From NCBI GenBank assembly GCA_964016885.1, contig OZ024743.1, positions 311,364,001 through 311,428,000 of the forward strand: a DNA stretch of 64,000 nt, given 5' to 3'. Below the pieces are notes generated by a model. It was not told the origin of the DNA. It did no database searches and saw only the letters and a program-made list of their open reading frames with translations. Positions 49,555 through 61,567 of the stretch are shown in pieces. How positions within the stretch are numbered: the stretch's first letter is position 1; each line of letters begins with the position of its first letter. Both the position numbers and the translations under genes were made by a program. The DNA is from Eledone cirrhosa (lineage: Eukaryota).

Positions 49555-52500
49555 TGAAATGGTCTTGAAGAGAGAGGGGAGAAGAGACTAAGTGTTGTGT
49601 GATGAGGTGGTCTTGGAGAGAGAGGGGAGAAGAGAGTAAGTGTTGTGTGATGAGGTGGTCTTGGAGAGAGGGGAGAGAAGAGAGTAAGTGTTGTGTGATG
49701 AGGTGGTCTTGGAGAGAGAGGGGAGAAGAGAGTAAGTGTTGTGTGATGAGGTGGACTTGAAGAGAGAGGGGAGAAGAGAGTAAGTGTTGTGTGATGAGGT
49801 CGTCTTGGAAAGAGAGGGGAGAATAGAGTAAGTGTTGTGTGATGAGGTGGTCTTGGAGAGAGAGGAGAGAAGAGAGTAAGTGTTGTGTGATGAGGTGGTC
49901 TTGGAGAGAGAGGGGAGAAGTGAGTAAGTGTTGTGTGATGAGGTCGTCTTGGAAAGAGAGGGGAGAAGAGAGTAAGTGTTGTGTGATGAGGTGGTCTTGG
50001 AGAGAGAGGGGAGAAGAGAGTAAGTGTTGTGTGATGAGGTTGTCTTGGAGAGAGAGGGAAGAGAGTAAGTTTTGTGTGATGAGGTGGTCTTGGAGAGAGA
50101 GGGGAGAAGAGAGTAAGCGTTGTGTGATGAGGTGGTCTTGGAGAGAGAGGGAAAGGAGAGTAAGTGCTGTTTGATGAGGTTGTCTTGAAGAGAGAGGGGA
50201 GAAGAGAGTAAGTGTTGTGTGATGAGGTGGTCTTGGAGAGAGAGGGAGGAGGAGAGTAAGTGTTGTTTGATGAGGTTGTCTTGGAGAGAGAGGGGAGAAG
50301 AGAGTAAGTGTTGTGTGATGAGGTGGTCTTGGAGAGAGAGGGGAGAAGAGAGTAAGTGTTGTGTGATGAGATGGTCTTAGAGAGAGAGGGAATAAGAGAG
50401 TGAGTGTTGTGTGATGAGGTGGTCTTGGAGAGAGAGGGAAGAAGAGAGTAAGTGTTGTGTGATGAGGTGGTCTTGGAGAGAGAGGGGAGAAGAGAGTAAG
50501 TGTTGTGTGATGAGGTCGTCTTGGAAAGAGAGAGGAGAAGAGAGTAAGTGTTGTGTGATGAGGTTGTCTTGAAGAGAGAGGAGAGAAGAGAGTAAGTGTT
50601 GTGTGATGAGGTGGTATTGGAGAGAGAGGGGAGAAGAGAGTAAGTGTTGTGTGATGAGGTGGTCTTGGAGAGAGAGGGGAGAGGAGAGTAAGTGTTGTGT
50701 GATGAGGTGGTCTTGGAGAGAGAGGGAAGAAGAGAGTGAGTGTTGTGTGATTAGGTGGTCTTGGAGAGAGAGGGGAGAAGAGAGTAAGTGTTGTGTGATG
50801 AGGTGGTCTTGGAGAGGGGAGAAGAGAGTAAGTGTTGTGTGATGAGGTGGTCTTGGAGAGAGAGGGGAGAAGAGAGTAAGTGTTGTGTGATGAGGTGGTC
50901 TTGGAGAGAGAGGGGAGAAGAGAGTAGGTGTTGTGTGATGAGGTGGTCTTGGAGAGAGAGGGAAGAAGAGAGTAAGTGTTGTGTGATGAGGTTGTCTTGG
51001 AGAGAGAGGGGAGAAGAGAGTAAGTGTTGGTGATGAGGTGGTCTTGAAAAGAGAGGGAAGAGAGTAAGTGTTGTGTGATGAGGTTGTCTTGAAGAGAGAG
51101 GGCAGAAGAGAGTAAGTGTTGTGTGATGAGGTGGTCTTGGAGAGAGAGGGGAGAAGAGAGTAAGTGTTGTGTGATGAGGTTGTCTTGGAGAGAGAGGGGA
51201 GAAGAGAGTAAGTGTTGTGTGATGAGGTGGTCTTGGAGAGAGAGGGGAGAGGAGAGTAAGTGTTGTTTGACGAGGCTGTCTTGAAGAGAGGGGAGAAGAG
51301 AGTAAGTGTTGTGTGATGAGGTGGTATTGAAGAGAGTGGGGAGAAGAGAGTGAGTGTTGTATGATGAGGTGGTCTTGAAAGAGAGGGGAGAAGAGAGTAA
51401 GAGTTGTTTGACGAGGCTGTCTTGAAGAGAGAGGGGAGAGGAGAGTAAGTGTTGTGTGATGAGGTGGTCTTGAAAGAGAGGGGAGAAGAGAGTAAGTGTT
51501 GTTTGACGAGGCTGTCTTGGAGAGAGAGGGGAGAGGAGAGTAAGTGTTGTGTGATGAGGTGGTCTTGGAGAGAGAGGGAAGAAGAGAGTAAGTGTTGTGT
51601 GATGAGGTTGTCTTGGAGAGAGAGGGGAGAAGAGAGTAAGTGTTGTGTGATGAGGTGGTCTTGGATAGAGAGGGGAGAAGAGAGTAAGTGTTGTGTGATG
51701 AGGTGGTCTTGGAGAGAGGGGAGAAGAGAGTAAGTGTTGTGTGATGAGGTGGTCTTGGAGAGAGAGGAGAGAAGAGTGTAAGTGTTGTGTGATGAGGTGG
51801 TCTTGAAAAGAGAGGGAAGAGAGTAAGTGGTGTGTGATTAGGTTGTCTTGAAGAGAGAGGGGAGAAGAGAGTAAGTGTTGTGTGATGATGTGGTCTTGGA
51901 GAGAGGGGGGAAAAGAGAGTAAGTGTTGTGTGATGAGGTGGTCTTGGAGAGAGGGGAGAAGAGAATAAGTGTTGTGTGATGAAGTGGTCTTGGAGAGAGA
52001 GGGGAGAAGAGTGTAAATGTTGTGTGATGAGGTGGTCTTGAAAAGAGAGGGAAGAGAGTAAGTGTTGTGTGATGAGGTTGTCTTGAAGAGAGAGGGGAGA
52101 AGAGAGTAAGTGTTGTGTGATGAGGTGGTCTTGGAGAGAGAGGGGAGAAGAGAGTAAGTGTTGTGTGATGAGGTGGTCTTGGAGAGAGAGGGGAGAAGAG
52201 AGTAAGTGTTGTGCGATGAGGTCGTCTTGGAAAGAGAGAGGAGAAGAGAGTAAGTGTTGTGTGATGAGGTTGTCTTGAAGAGAGAGGGGAGAAGAGAGTA
52301 AGTGTTGTGTGATGAGGTGGTCTTGGAGAGAGGGGAGAAGAGAGTAAGTGTTGTGTGATGAGGTGGACTTGAAAACAGAGGGGAGAAGTGAGTAAGTGTT
52401 GTGTGATGAGGTGGTCTTGGAGAGAGGGGAGAAGAGAGTAAGTGTTGTGTGATGAGGTGGTCTTGGAGAGAGAGAGGAGAAGAGTGTAAGTGTTGTGTGA

Positions 52501-55500
52501 TGAGGTGGTCTTGGAGAGAGAGGGGAGAAGAGAGTAAGTGTTGTGTGATGAGGTCGTCTTGGAAAGAGAGAGGAGAAGAGAGTAAGTGTTGTGTGATGAG
52601 GTTGTCTTGAAGAGAGAGGGGAGAAGAGAGTAAGTGTTGTGTGATGAGGTGGTCTTGGAGAGAGGGGAGAAGAGAGTAAGTGTTGTGTGATGAGGTGGTC
52701 TTGGAGAGAGAGGGTAGAAGAGAGTAAGTGTTGTATGATGAGGTTGTCTTGGAGAGAGAGGGGAGAAGAGAGTAAGTGTTGTGTGATGAGGTGGTCTTGG
52801 AGAGAGAGGGGAGAGGAGAGTAAGTGTTGTTTGACGAGGCTGTCTTGAAGAGAGGGGAGAGAAGAGAATGAGTGTTGTGTGATGAGGTGGTCTTGAAGAG
52901 AGAGGGGAGAAGAGAGTAAGTGTTGTGTGATGAGGTGGTATTGAAGAGAGAGGGGAGAAGAGAGTAAGTGTTGTGTGATGAGGTGGTCTTGAAAGAGAGG
53001 GGAGAAGAGAGTAAGTGTTGTGTGATGAGGTGGTCTTGGAGAGAGAGGGGAGAAGAGAGTAAGTGTTGTGTGATGAGGTGGTCTTGGAGAGAGAGGGGAG
53101 AAGAGAGTAAGTGTTGTGTGATGAGGTGGTCTTGGAGAGAGAGGGGAGAAGAGAGTAAGTGTTGTGTGATGAGGTGGTCTTGGAGAGAGAGGGGAGAAGA
53201 GAGTAAGTGTTGTGTGATGAGGTGGTCTTGGAGAGAGAGGGAGGAGGAGAGTAAGTGTTGTTTGATGAGGTTGTCTTGGAGAGAGAGGGGAGAAGAGAGT
53301 AAGTGTTGTGTGATGAGGTGGTCTTGAAAGAGTGTGGTGATGAGAGTAAGTGTTGTGTGATGAGGTGGTCTTGAAAGAGAGGGGAGAAGAGAGTAAGTGT
53401 TGTATGATGAGGTTGTCTTGGAGAGAGAGGGGAGAAGAGAGTAAGTGGTGTGTGATGAGGTGGTCTTGTAGAGAGAGGGAAGAAGAGAGAAAGTGTTGTG
53501 TGATGAGGTGGTCTTGGAGAGAGAGGGGAGAAGAGAGTAAGTGTTGTGTGATGAGGTGGTATTGAACAGAGAGGGGAGAAGAGAGTGAGTGTTGTGTGAT
53601 GAGGTGGTCTTGAAGAGAGAGGGGAGAAGAGAGTGAGTGTTGTGTGATGAGGTGGTCTTGTAGAGAGAAAGAAGAAGAGAGTAAGTGTTGTGTGATGAGG
53701 TGGTCTTGGAGAGAGAGGGGAGAAGAGAGAAAGTGTTGTGTGATGTGGTGGTCTTGGAGAGAGAGGGGAGAGGAGAGTAAGTGTTGTGTGATGAGGTGGT
53801 CTTGAAGAGAGAGGGGAGAAGAGAGTGAGTGTTGTATGATGAGGTGGTCTTGAAAGAGAGGGAGGAGGAGAGTAAGTGTTGTTTGATGAGGTTGTCTTGG
53901 AGAGAGAGGGGAGAAGAGAGTAAGTGTTGTGTGATGAGGTGGTCTTGAAAGAGTGTGGAGATGAGAGTAAGTGTTGTGTGATGAGGTGGTCTTGAAAGAG
54001 AGGGCAGAAGAGAGTAAGTGTTGTGTGATGAGGTGGTCTTGGAGAGAGAGGGGAGAAGAGAGTAAGTGTTGTGTGATGAGGTGGTCTTGGAGAGAGGGGA
54101 GAAGAGAGTAAGTGTTGTGTGATGAGGTGGTCTTGGAGAGAGAGAGGAGAAGAGTGTAAGTGTTGTGTGATGAGGTGGTCTTGAAAAGAGAGGGAAGAGA
54201 GTAAGTGTTGTGTGATGAGGTGGTCTTGGAGAGAGAGGGGAGAAGAGAGTAAGTGTTGTGTGATGAGGTGGTCTTGGAGAGAGAGGGGAGAAGAGAGTAA
54301 GTGTTGTGTGATGAGGTCGTCTTGGAAAGAGAGAGGAGAAGAGAGTAAGTGTTGTGTGATGAGGTTGTCTTGAAGAGAGAGGGGAGAAGAGAGTAAGTGT
54401 TTTGTGATGAGGTGGTCTTGAAAGAGAGGGGAGAAGAGAGTAAGTGTTGTGTGATGAGGTGGTCTTGGAGAGAGAGGGGAGAAGAGAGTAAGTGTTGTGT
54501 GATGAGGTGGTCTTGGAGAGAGAGGGGAGAAGAGAGTAAGTGTTGTGTGATGAGGTGGTCTTGGAGAGAGAGGGGAGAAGAGAGTAAGTGTTGTGTGATG
54601 AGGTGGTCTTGGAGAGAGAGGGGAGAAGATAGTAAGTGTTGTGTGATGAGGTGGTCTTGGAGAGAGAGGGAGGAGGAGAGTAAGTGTTGTTTGATGAGGT
54701 TGTCTTGGAGAGAGAGGGGAGAAGAGAGTAAGTGTTGTGTGATGAGGTGGTCTTGAAAGAGTGTGGAGATGAGAGTAAGTGTTGTGTGATGAGGTGGTCT
54801 TGAAAGAGAGGGGAGAAGAGAGTAAGTGTTGTATGATGAGGTTGTCTTGGAGAGAGGGGGGAGAAGAGAGTAAGTGGTGTGTGATGAGGTGGTCTTGTAG
54901 AGAGAGGGAAGAAGAGAGAAAGTGTTGTGTGATGAGGTGGTCTTGGAGAGAGAGGGGAGAAGAGAGTAAGTGTTGTGTGATGAGGTGGTATTGAACAGAG
55001 AGGGGAGAAGAGAGTAAGTGTTGTGTGATGAGGTGGTCTTGAAGAGAGAGGGGAGAAGAGAGTGAGTGTTGTGTGATGAGGTGGTCTTGTAGAGAGAAAG
55101 AAGAAGGGAGTAAGTGTTGTGTGATGAGGTGGTCTTGGAGAGAGAGGGGAGAAGAGAGAAAGTGTTGTGTGATGAGGTGGTCTTGGAGAGAGAGGGGAGA
55201 GGAGAGTAAGTGTTGTGTGATGAGGTGGTCTTGAAAGAGAGGGGAGAAGAGAGTAAGTGTTGTGTGATGAGGTGGTATTGAAGAGAGAGGGGAGAAGAGA
55301 GTAAGTGTTGTGTGGTGAGGTGGTCTTGGAGAGAGAGGGGAGAAGAGAGTAACTGTTGTGTGATGAGGTGGTCTTGGAGAGATAGGGGAGAAGAGAGTAA
55401 GTGTTATGTGATGAGGTGGTCTTGGAGAGAGAGGGGAGAGGAGAGTAAGTGTTGTGTGATGAGGTGGTCTTGAAGAGAGAGGGGAGAAGAGAGTGAGTGT

Positions 55501-56862
55501 TGTATGATGAGGTGGTCTTGGAGAGAGAGGGGAGAAGAGAGTAAGTGTTGTGTGATGAGGTGGTCTTGGAGAGAGAGGGGAGAAGAGAGTAAGTGTTGTG
55601 TGATGAGGTGGTATTGAAGAGAGAGGGGAGAAGAGAGTGAGTGTTCTGTGATGAGGTGGTCTTGAAAGAGAGGGGAGAAGAGAGTAAGTGTTGTGTGATG
55701 AGGTGGTATTGAAGAGAGAGGGGAGAAGAGAGTAAGTGTTGTGTGATGAGGTGGTCTTGAAGAGAGAGGGGAGAAGAGAGTGAGTGTTGTGTGATGAGGT
55801 GGTCTTGAAAGAGAGGGGAGAAGAGAGTAAGTGTTGTGTGATGAGGTGGTATTGAAGAGAGAGGGGAGAAGAGAGTAAGTGTTGTGTGATGAGGTGGTCT
55901 TGGAGAGAGAGGGGAGAGGAGAGTAAGTGTCGTGTGATGAGGTGGTCTTTAATAGAGAGGGGAGAAGTGAGTGAGTGTTGTATGATGAGGTGGTCTTGGA
56001 GAGAGAGGGGAGAAGAGAGTAAGTGTTGTGTGATGAGGTGGTCTTGGAGAGAGAGGGGAGAAGAGAGTAAGTGTTGTGTGATGAGGTGGTATTGAACAGA
56101 GAGGGGAGAAGAGAGTGAGTGTTCTGTGATGAGGTGGTCTTGAAAGAGAGGGGAGAAGAGAGTAAGTGTTGTGTGATGAGGTGGTCTTGGAGAGGGGAGA
56201 GGAGAGTAAGTGTCGTGTGATGAGGTGGTCTTTAATAGAGAGGGGAGAAGAGAGTGAGTGTTGTGTGATGAGGTGGTCTTGGAGAGAGAGGGAAGAAGAG
56301 AGTAAGTGTTGTGTGATGAGGTGGTCTTGGAGAGAGAGGGGAGAAGAGAGTAAGTGTTGTGCGATGAGGTGGTCTTGGAGAGAGAGGGGAGAGGAGAGTA
56401 AGTGTCGTGTGATGAGGTGGTCTTTAATAGAGAGGGGAGAAGTGAGTGAGTGTTGTGTGATGAGGTGGTCTTGGAGAGAGAGGGGAGAAGAGAGTAAGTG
56501 TTGTGTGATGAGGTGGTCTTGTAGAGAGAGGGAAGAAGAGAGTAAGTGTTGTGTGATGAGGTGGTCTTGGAGAGAGAGGGGAGAAGAGAGTAAGTGTCGT
56601 GCGATGAGGTGGTCTTGGAGAGAGAGGGGAGAGGAGAGTAAGTGTCGTGTGATGAGGTGGTCTTTAATAGAGAGGGGAGAAGAGAGTGAGTGTTGTGTGA
56701 TGAGGTGGTCTTGGAGAGAGAGGGGAGAAGAGAGTGAGTGTTGTGTGATGAGGTGGTCTTGGAGAGAGAGGGGAGAAGAGAGTAAGTGTTGTGTGATGAG
56801 GTGGTCTTGGAGAGAGAGGGGAGAAGAGAGTAAGTGTTGTGTGATGAGGTTGTCTTGGAGAG
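49555..56862. repeat. 48-bp minisatellite, about 150 copies, intronic
   Basis: Consensus gagagaggggagaagagagtaagtgttgtgtgatgaggtggtcttgga. Confidence 0.97.
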
Positions 56863-57094
56863 TGGAAATCTGAGATAGAATAGATAGAATGATCTAGTAG
56901 CACTACATGTTTCGGTAGGACGCTGGAATAAGAGTCACAGATGTAAATGAGGGAGAGAGACGAAGGTGAGGAAAGACTAACATTGTTGGTGGGAGGGGAC
57001 TAGGTGGGTGAGAGGAGCGAGCAAGTGTGTGAAGGGGAAGACTAAGTGACGGGGTGATGTGTAGTGAAGATTCATTGATGGAAGGAGCACCCTA

Positions 57095-57600
57095 TAAAAA
57101 GGTAGCGTTAGTGCCACGATAAAATGCACCTAGTACACTCTGTAAAGTGGTTGGCATTAGAAAAGTCATCCACTTGTAGAAACTATGCCAAAATGGAACG
57201 TTTGAGCAAGATATGGATCTCGAATCCATCTCGTCCAACCCATGCCAGTACAGAAAGCGAATGCAAAATAGTGATGATGGCTGAATAATCTGGTCATTGG
57301 AAGAGCTGGTGACACGATAAAATACATCCAACTTACTCTATAAATTTCCCCCACCGATACTATAATTTTGTAGTGCTGGTACCGTGAGAAAAGCATCCAG
57401 TTCACCGGTTCAGGTGGCAGTGTTTGTACAACAAGAAAACGAACTCGATACACTCAGTGAAGGGGTTGGCTTTAGGAAGGCCATCTAGCCATAGTGACCA
57501 CGTCAAATGGAACGAATGAACAGGCAAGGCAGAGACATCTGACCTGCTTGTCTACTCTCAGAACGTGACAACCAGTCAAACCCATGCAAGCATGGAATAA
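57095..57600 (+). mobile_element. SINE-like interspersed repeat fragments (two diverged copies)
   Basis: ggttggcattagaaaagtcatccacttgtagaaac and ggttggctttaggaaggccatctagcc...acccatgc(c/a)ag. A related fragment lies at 42270-42330. Confidence 0.55.
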
Positions 57601-57731
57601 TACACATAAAACGGTGGTGGTGGTAGTGGTGAGAAGAAGGAGGAGGATAATGGTGATGAAGATAATGAAGATGATGATGATGATGATAAATTATTTATTG
57701 ATTGATTGGCTGAAGCAGTTAGACGTCTTAC

Positions 57732-58119
57732 CCTGTGAGTAACTAAGGTGTTACTTCGTGAAAAACACTGATTACAAATATCACATCTATATTTTTTCAA
57801 GTCAACTCGCCATCTTGGTTTCACTCGTGATTTTGTCATTACAGGGGCTGAGGTCTTCAACTTCTCTTCTTCCGTAACAAGTTTTGTCTTGCTTGTGGTC
57901 ACTGGGTTAGAGGAAATTGTAGATAGGGAACGTGAAATAGGACTGAATAGCATTGTTGATGGTATATAAGTTGAAAATACAGCTGGTGGTGTTTCGTAAT
58001 TGCGTTTCGGAATGTATAGAGACGGAGAACCAATTTGATCGAGGTAGAATTGAAATGGAATGGAAGGATCAGCAAAGAGGATTGGTTGACGTCGGTGGCT
58101 GTAGATTATTCCAGTGAAA
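57732..58119 (-). CDS. Internal coding exon of the C2H2 zinc-finger gene (S/T/P-rich region and finger 1)
   Basis: cctttcag acceptor at 58120 and donor agg|gtaaga at 57731. Ends YRCDICNQCFSRSNTLVTHR, completed by RIH in the next exon. Upstream exons were not identified in the window. Confidence 0.85.
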
Positions 58120-58367
58120 CTGAAAGGCAAAACAATTATATTTAGCTAAGATTGCTTAAAGGATACATTTCCATATATTGAATATAAATATACAGAGATA
58201 CATCACAGAACAGTAACGAAAATATTAAACATCAAAAAAGAGATTTTTCTTTACTTTCTACTTATTCTCATCTTCTCTCTCTCTCTCTCTCTCTCTCTCC
58301 AATTATCCATCTTACATTAAATATGTATATGTATGTTTGTTTGTGAGTATATATGTATGTATGTACG

Positions 58368-59340
58368 TATAGGATTAGGAAAGCAAGTGATGCTTTCGGA
58401 AAGCTAGAAAGGCGACTCTGGGGTCGGCGAGACATATGCATGAGGACAAAGGTAAAGGTGTACAGGTCATGTGTACTCTCTTGTCTTATTTATGCCTGCG
58501 AGACCTGGGTCACATATCGACACCACCTTAAGCAATTGGAGCGTTTCCATCAGATGTGTCTCAGACGGATCCATGGCGTTCACTGGAGGGACCACAGATG
58601 TCGAGATTTTGGAAAGCTCTATGTGTGACAGTATAGAAGCTCTTGTGCTTAAGCAACGACTCCGTTGGAGTGGTCACCTTGCCAGGATGAAGGATTCTAG
58701 AATACCAAAACAACTCTTCTATGGAGAGTTGGTTAAAGGAAAACGACCGCCACATAAACCAAAAAAGAGGTATAAGGATTCCTTGAAAGCCTCTCTGAAA
58801 GACGATAACATCTCTGCTGATACATGGGAAAATGTTGCTGCTGATCGTAATAAATGAAGAAAGACTGTATATGAGGGAAAAGTTGCCTTTGAGGCATCTC
58901 GAATCGCACACGAGAAAGTAAAGCGGGATGTGAGGAAGGGCATTGCTGTTGCACTTCCAGACGGCGAGGGTCCTCCTATGGTGCTGACATGCAGCGTCTG
59001 TGCGAGACTCTGCCTAAGCAAAGCTGGACTCGAAAGTCATCTTCGCAGTCATAAAGTAAGACCAGTGGTTGACTACCAGGCTGCTGCTGGAGATGCTACT
59101 CATCATGCTTGCCAAACATATGGTAGAGAATGTAAATCAGCAGGAGGGCTCAAGCGACATGCAAAAGTACACGAACTCCAACCACAGCCGACTATTCCCA
59201 GTGAATGTTTTGGTTGCCGACTCTGTGCAAGACATTTTAGATCATTGGCTGGGCTAAAAAGTCACATTCGATCGCAGCACTGTTAGTTGCTATCGTGTGT
59301 GTGTGTGTGTGTAGATATGCTTGTGTGCGTGCGTGTGTGT
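58368..59340 (+). mobile_element. 5'-truncated RTE-clade LINE (RT C-terminus plus C2H2 fingers), frameshifted
   Basis: RI.KAS.AFG.L..RLW, YACETW, RLRWSGHLARM..RIPKQLFYGEL..GKR and C-terminal C..C.R.C.SKAGL.SH.R, followed by a (TG)n tail. Confidence 0.88.
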
Positions 59341-59627
59341 ATATATATATATATGAATATGTATATTATTATTGTTGTTGTCGTTATTATTATTATTGCT
59401 ATTATTATTATTATTATTGACGAAAGTGGATGTACGTTTTTTGAAGCTCCGTGAGTAAGCAATTTTTGAGGATTAATTGTAGAGAATTGTTTATTTTTTG
59501 TACCGCTGAAGCATTATAAGACATTAATTTGTATCCTGTGAAGGAATAACTCATAATATTTGGGCCTTTTGGCCCAAATATTTGAACTTTATTTTGAAAA
59601 AAATAATAATTTTTTTCTCAAAAAAAC

Positions 59628-61538
59628 ATGGCGGAGCCACGCCCCCTAGAGGCGGGTCTGCTGTCGTGCAACGGCGACTTGAGCGTTGAGAGGAGAGGTG
59701 AGGCGAGGAGCGCCACCAGCACGAATGTGAGCAGCGACAGTGCCAGCACCAACGGGCCGAGCGGCGCGGAAGGTGGTAACAGCGACAACACCAACACCAA
59801 CAAGCCGAACAGCGCAGAAGGTGGTAATAGCGAGAGCACCAACAAAACGAACAGCACAGAGAGTAATAGTAGCGACAGCAGCAGCACCAACAAGGCCAAC
59901 AGCACAGAAGGTAACCACGACACAGGGGAGAACAACAACAGCAATAGCAGCAGCAACACCAACAAGAACAACAACAGTGACAACACCAACAAGAACACTT
60001 TCGCTGCTGTGGCAGCGGCTAAAAGGAGACCATGCTACAGCATCGACTTAACCAACAGAGAGGAAAAGTTGGCCCAGGCCTGGAAAATCATAAATCAAGA
60101 GCAGACCTGGGCAAACTTAACTGTCCCGGCAGAAGCCATTGAGGCAGTGGAAAAAAGAACGGTGCATTTCAGATGCATCTCAGTAGAGACAAAGAGGGCA
60201 GCGATAATCGCCCAAGCTGACATAGAAGCCGCACTGAAATACATCAGAGAGGACACAGACTTCATAGAGAGGGGCAGGCAATACGGCACCGTTTCGGTGC
60301 TGTTCAAGTCTGAAGCCCTCGCTGTGAAGCATTCAGTGACCCCTTGCAAAACCAGCAAGGTCATAATGTACCCCTCCCACATGGGAAAACGAATAGCACG
60401 TGTGCGCATTCCCAGGATTCCACCAGGACTTGATATGTGGTGGCTCCTGGGTTGCGTAATCGTGGAAGGAACGGATACAGTCCCGGTAGAGGCAACGAGA
60501 ACTGCCAGGGACGACTGGTCCGGGGTTGATCTGGAGATACTGCTCCAAATCAGACCCGAAAACGTGAAAGCAATCCCGGACCACATCCGCCTCCAAAACG
60601 GGAGGGTGTTGCATATAATGACTGAGGGCAAAAGGCCGCATTGTTTCCTTTGTGGGGAAACGACACACTTGCGAGCCTTCTGCCCTCAACTGCCGAAAAG
60701 CGCAAGGGGTCGAAAGATTCCACTGCTGGCGACGCCGGGACAAGGACCACCAGCAACACCGTCAACAATGGAACCACCAAAATTGCACACCCAGGGGGGA
60801 AACGAGGAAAGCTCTCCCATTCCCCCTCCCCCCCAAAATACACACACGAACAAGAACATAAACACTCACTCAGACACAAACACGCTCACAGCCACAGACC
60901 CCTCATCCTCCAGCAGTGAAGATGAGGGAAAACCAAAGTCCCCCAAAATACAAAAAACAAAACACAAAAAAAAAAGAAATCCACAAAGCACAAACACCCC
61001 CACAAAACAAAATACACACACCACCCACACAAACATTTTCCCCACAGCATCACCAACACAACCACCAAAATCCCCCAAACGCAAACAAGCTAAACAGACA
61101 CAAGAACAAATAGACACACAAACATCAGAAACTACAGACACCCCACCCACAACAAACGCAGACACAATAGAAACAACACTAACAAAGCTATCACCACCAC
61201 AATCACACGAACAAATAAAACCCGAGCAACAAAACATTAAAAACTTCGTGCTTGCCAGAAGGGCCAACAAGGAATTGATGGCCCATGTAGCACGAAGCAC
61301 AAACATCGAAAAAGACGGGGAAACATTTGAAGCGAGCACATTTCGCGTACCAGATAATTTGCTTCTGATGCGAATGTCGCTCGCTTCATACAAAGAAATT
61401 CGAAAGAGCTTTCCTCGGGATGTGGGAACCCCGAACGTAAAACCCACGTCAAGACTATTAAAGGGGTTCCCAAAAGAAACCCCACAAACCATGGAGGTCG
61501 AACCACCCGACCTTCACAAGACCCCGGAAGGTAAGTAA
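59628..61538 (+). CDS. Tx1 ORF1 (gag-like with CCHC knuckle)
   Basis: 636 aa with CFLCGETTHLRAFC and a low-complexity N/S/T N-terminus. Confidence 0.9.
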   Translation: MAEPRPLEAGLLSCNGDLSVERRGEARSATSTNVSSDSASTNGPSGAEGGNSDNTNTNKPNSAEGGNSESTNKTNSTESNSSDSSSTNKANSTEGNHDTGENNNSNSSSNTNKNNNSDNTNKNTFAAVAAAKRRPCYSIDLTNREEKLAQAWKIINQEQTWANLTVPAEAIEAVEKRTVHFRCISVETKRAAIIAQADIEAALKYIREDTDFIERGRQYGTVSVLFKSEALAVKHSVTPCKTSKVIMYPSHMGKRIARVRIPRIPPGLDMWWLLGCVIVEGTDTVPVEATRTARDDWSGVDLEILLQIRPENVKAIPDHIRLQNGRVLHIMTEGKRPHCFLCGETTHLRAFCPQLPKSARGRKIPLLATPGQGPPATPSTMEPPKLHTQGGNEESSPIPPPPQNTHTNKNINTHSDTNTLTATDPSSSSSEDEGKPKSPKIQKTKHKKKRNPQSTNTPTKQNTHTTHTNIFPTASPTQPPKSPKRKQAKQTQEQIDTQTSETTDTPPTTNADTIETTLTKLSPPQSHEQIKPEQQNIKNFVLARRANKELMAHVARSTNIEKDGETFEASTFRVPDNLLLMRMSLASYKEIRKSFPRDVGTPNVKPTSRLLKGFPKETPQTMEVEPPDLHKTPEGK

Positions 61539-61567
61539 ACCTTTCCTCTCCCATTCATCCTGCCAGC

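Noticed and set aside
49555-56862. CRISPR array or C/D snoRNA array (GTGATGA in each unit)
   Set aside because: No unique spacers, no cas genes, eukaryotic context, and no D box or terminal stems.
49839-56903. ORFs with repeated MRWSWRERGEESKCCV
   Set aside because: A by-product of the 48-bp unit. Frequent frameshifts and stops, and the array is intronic.
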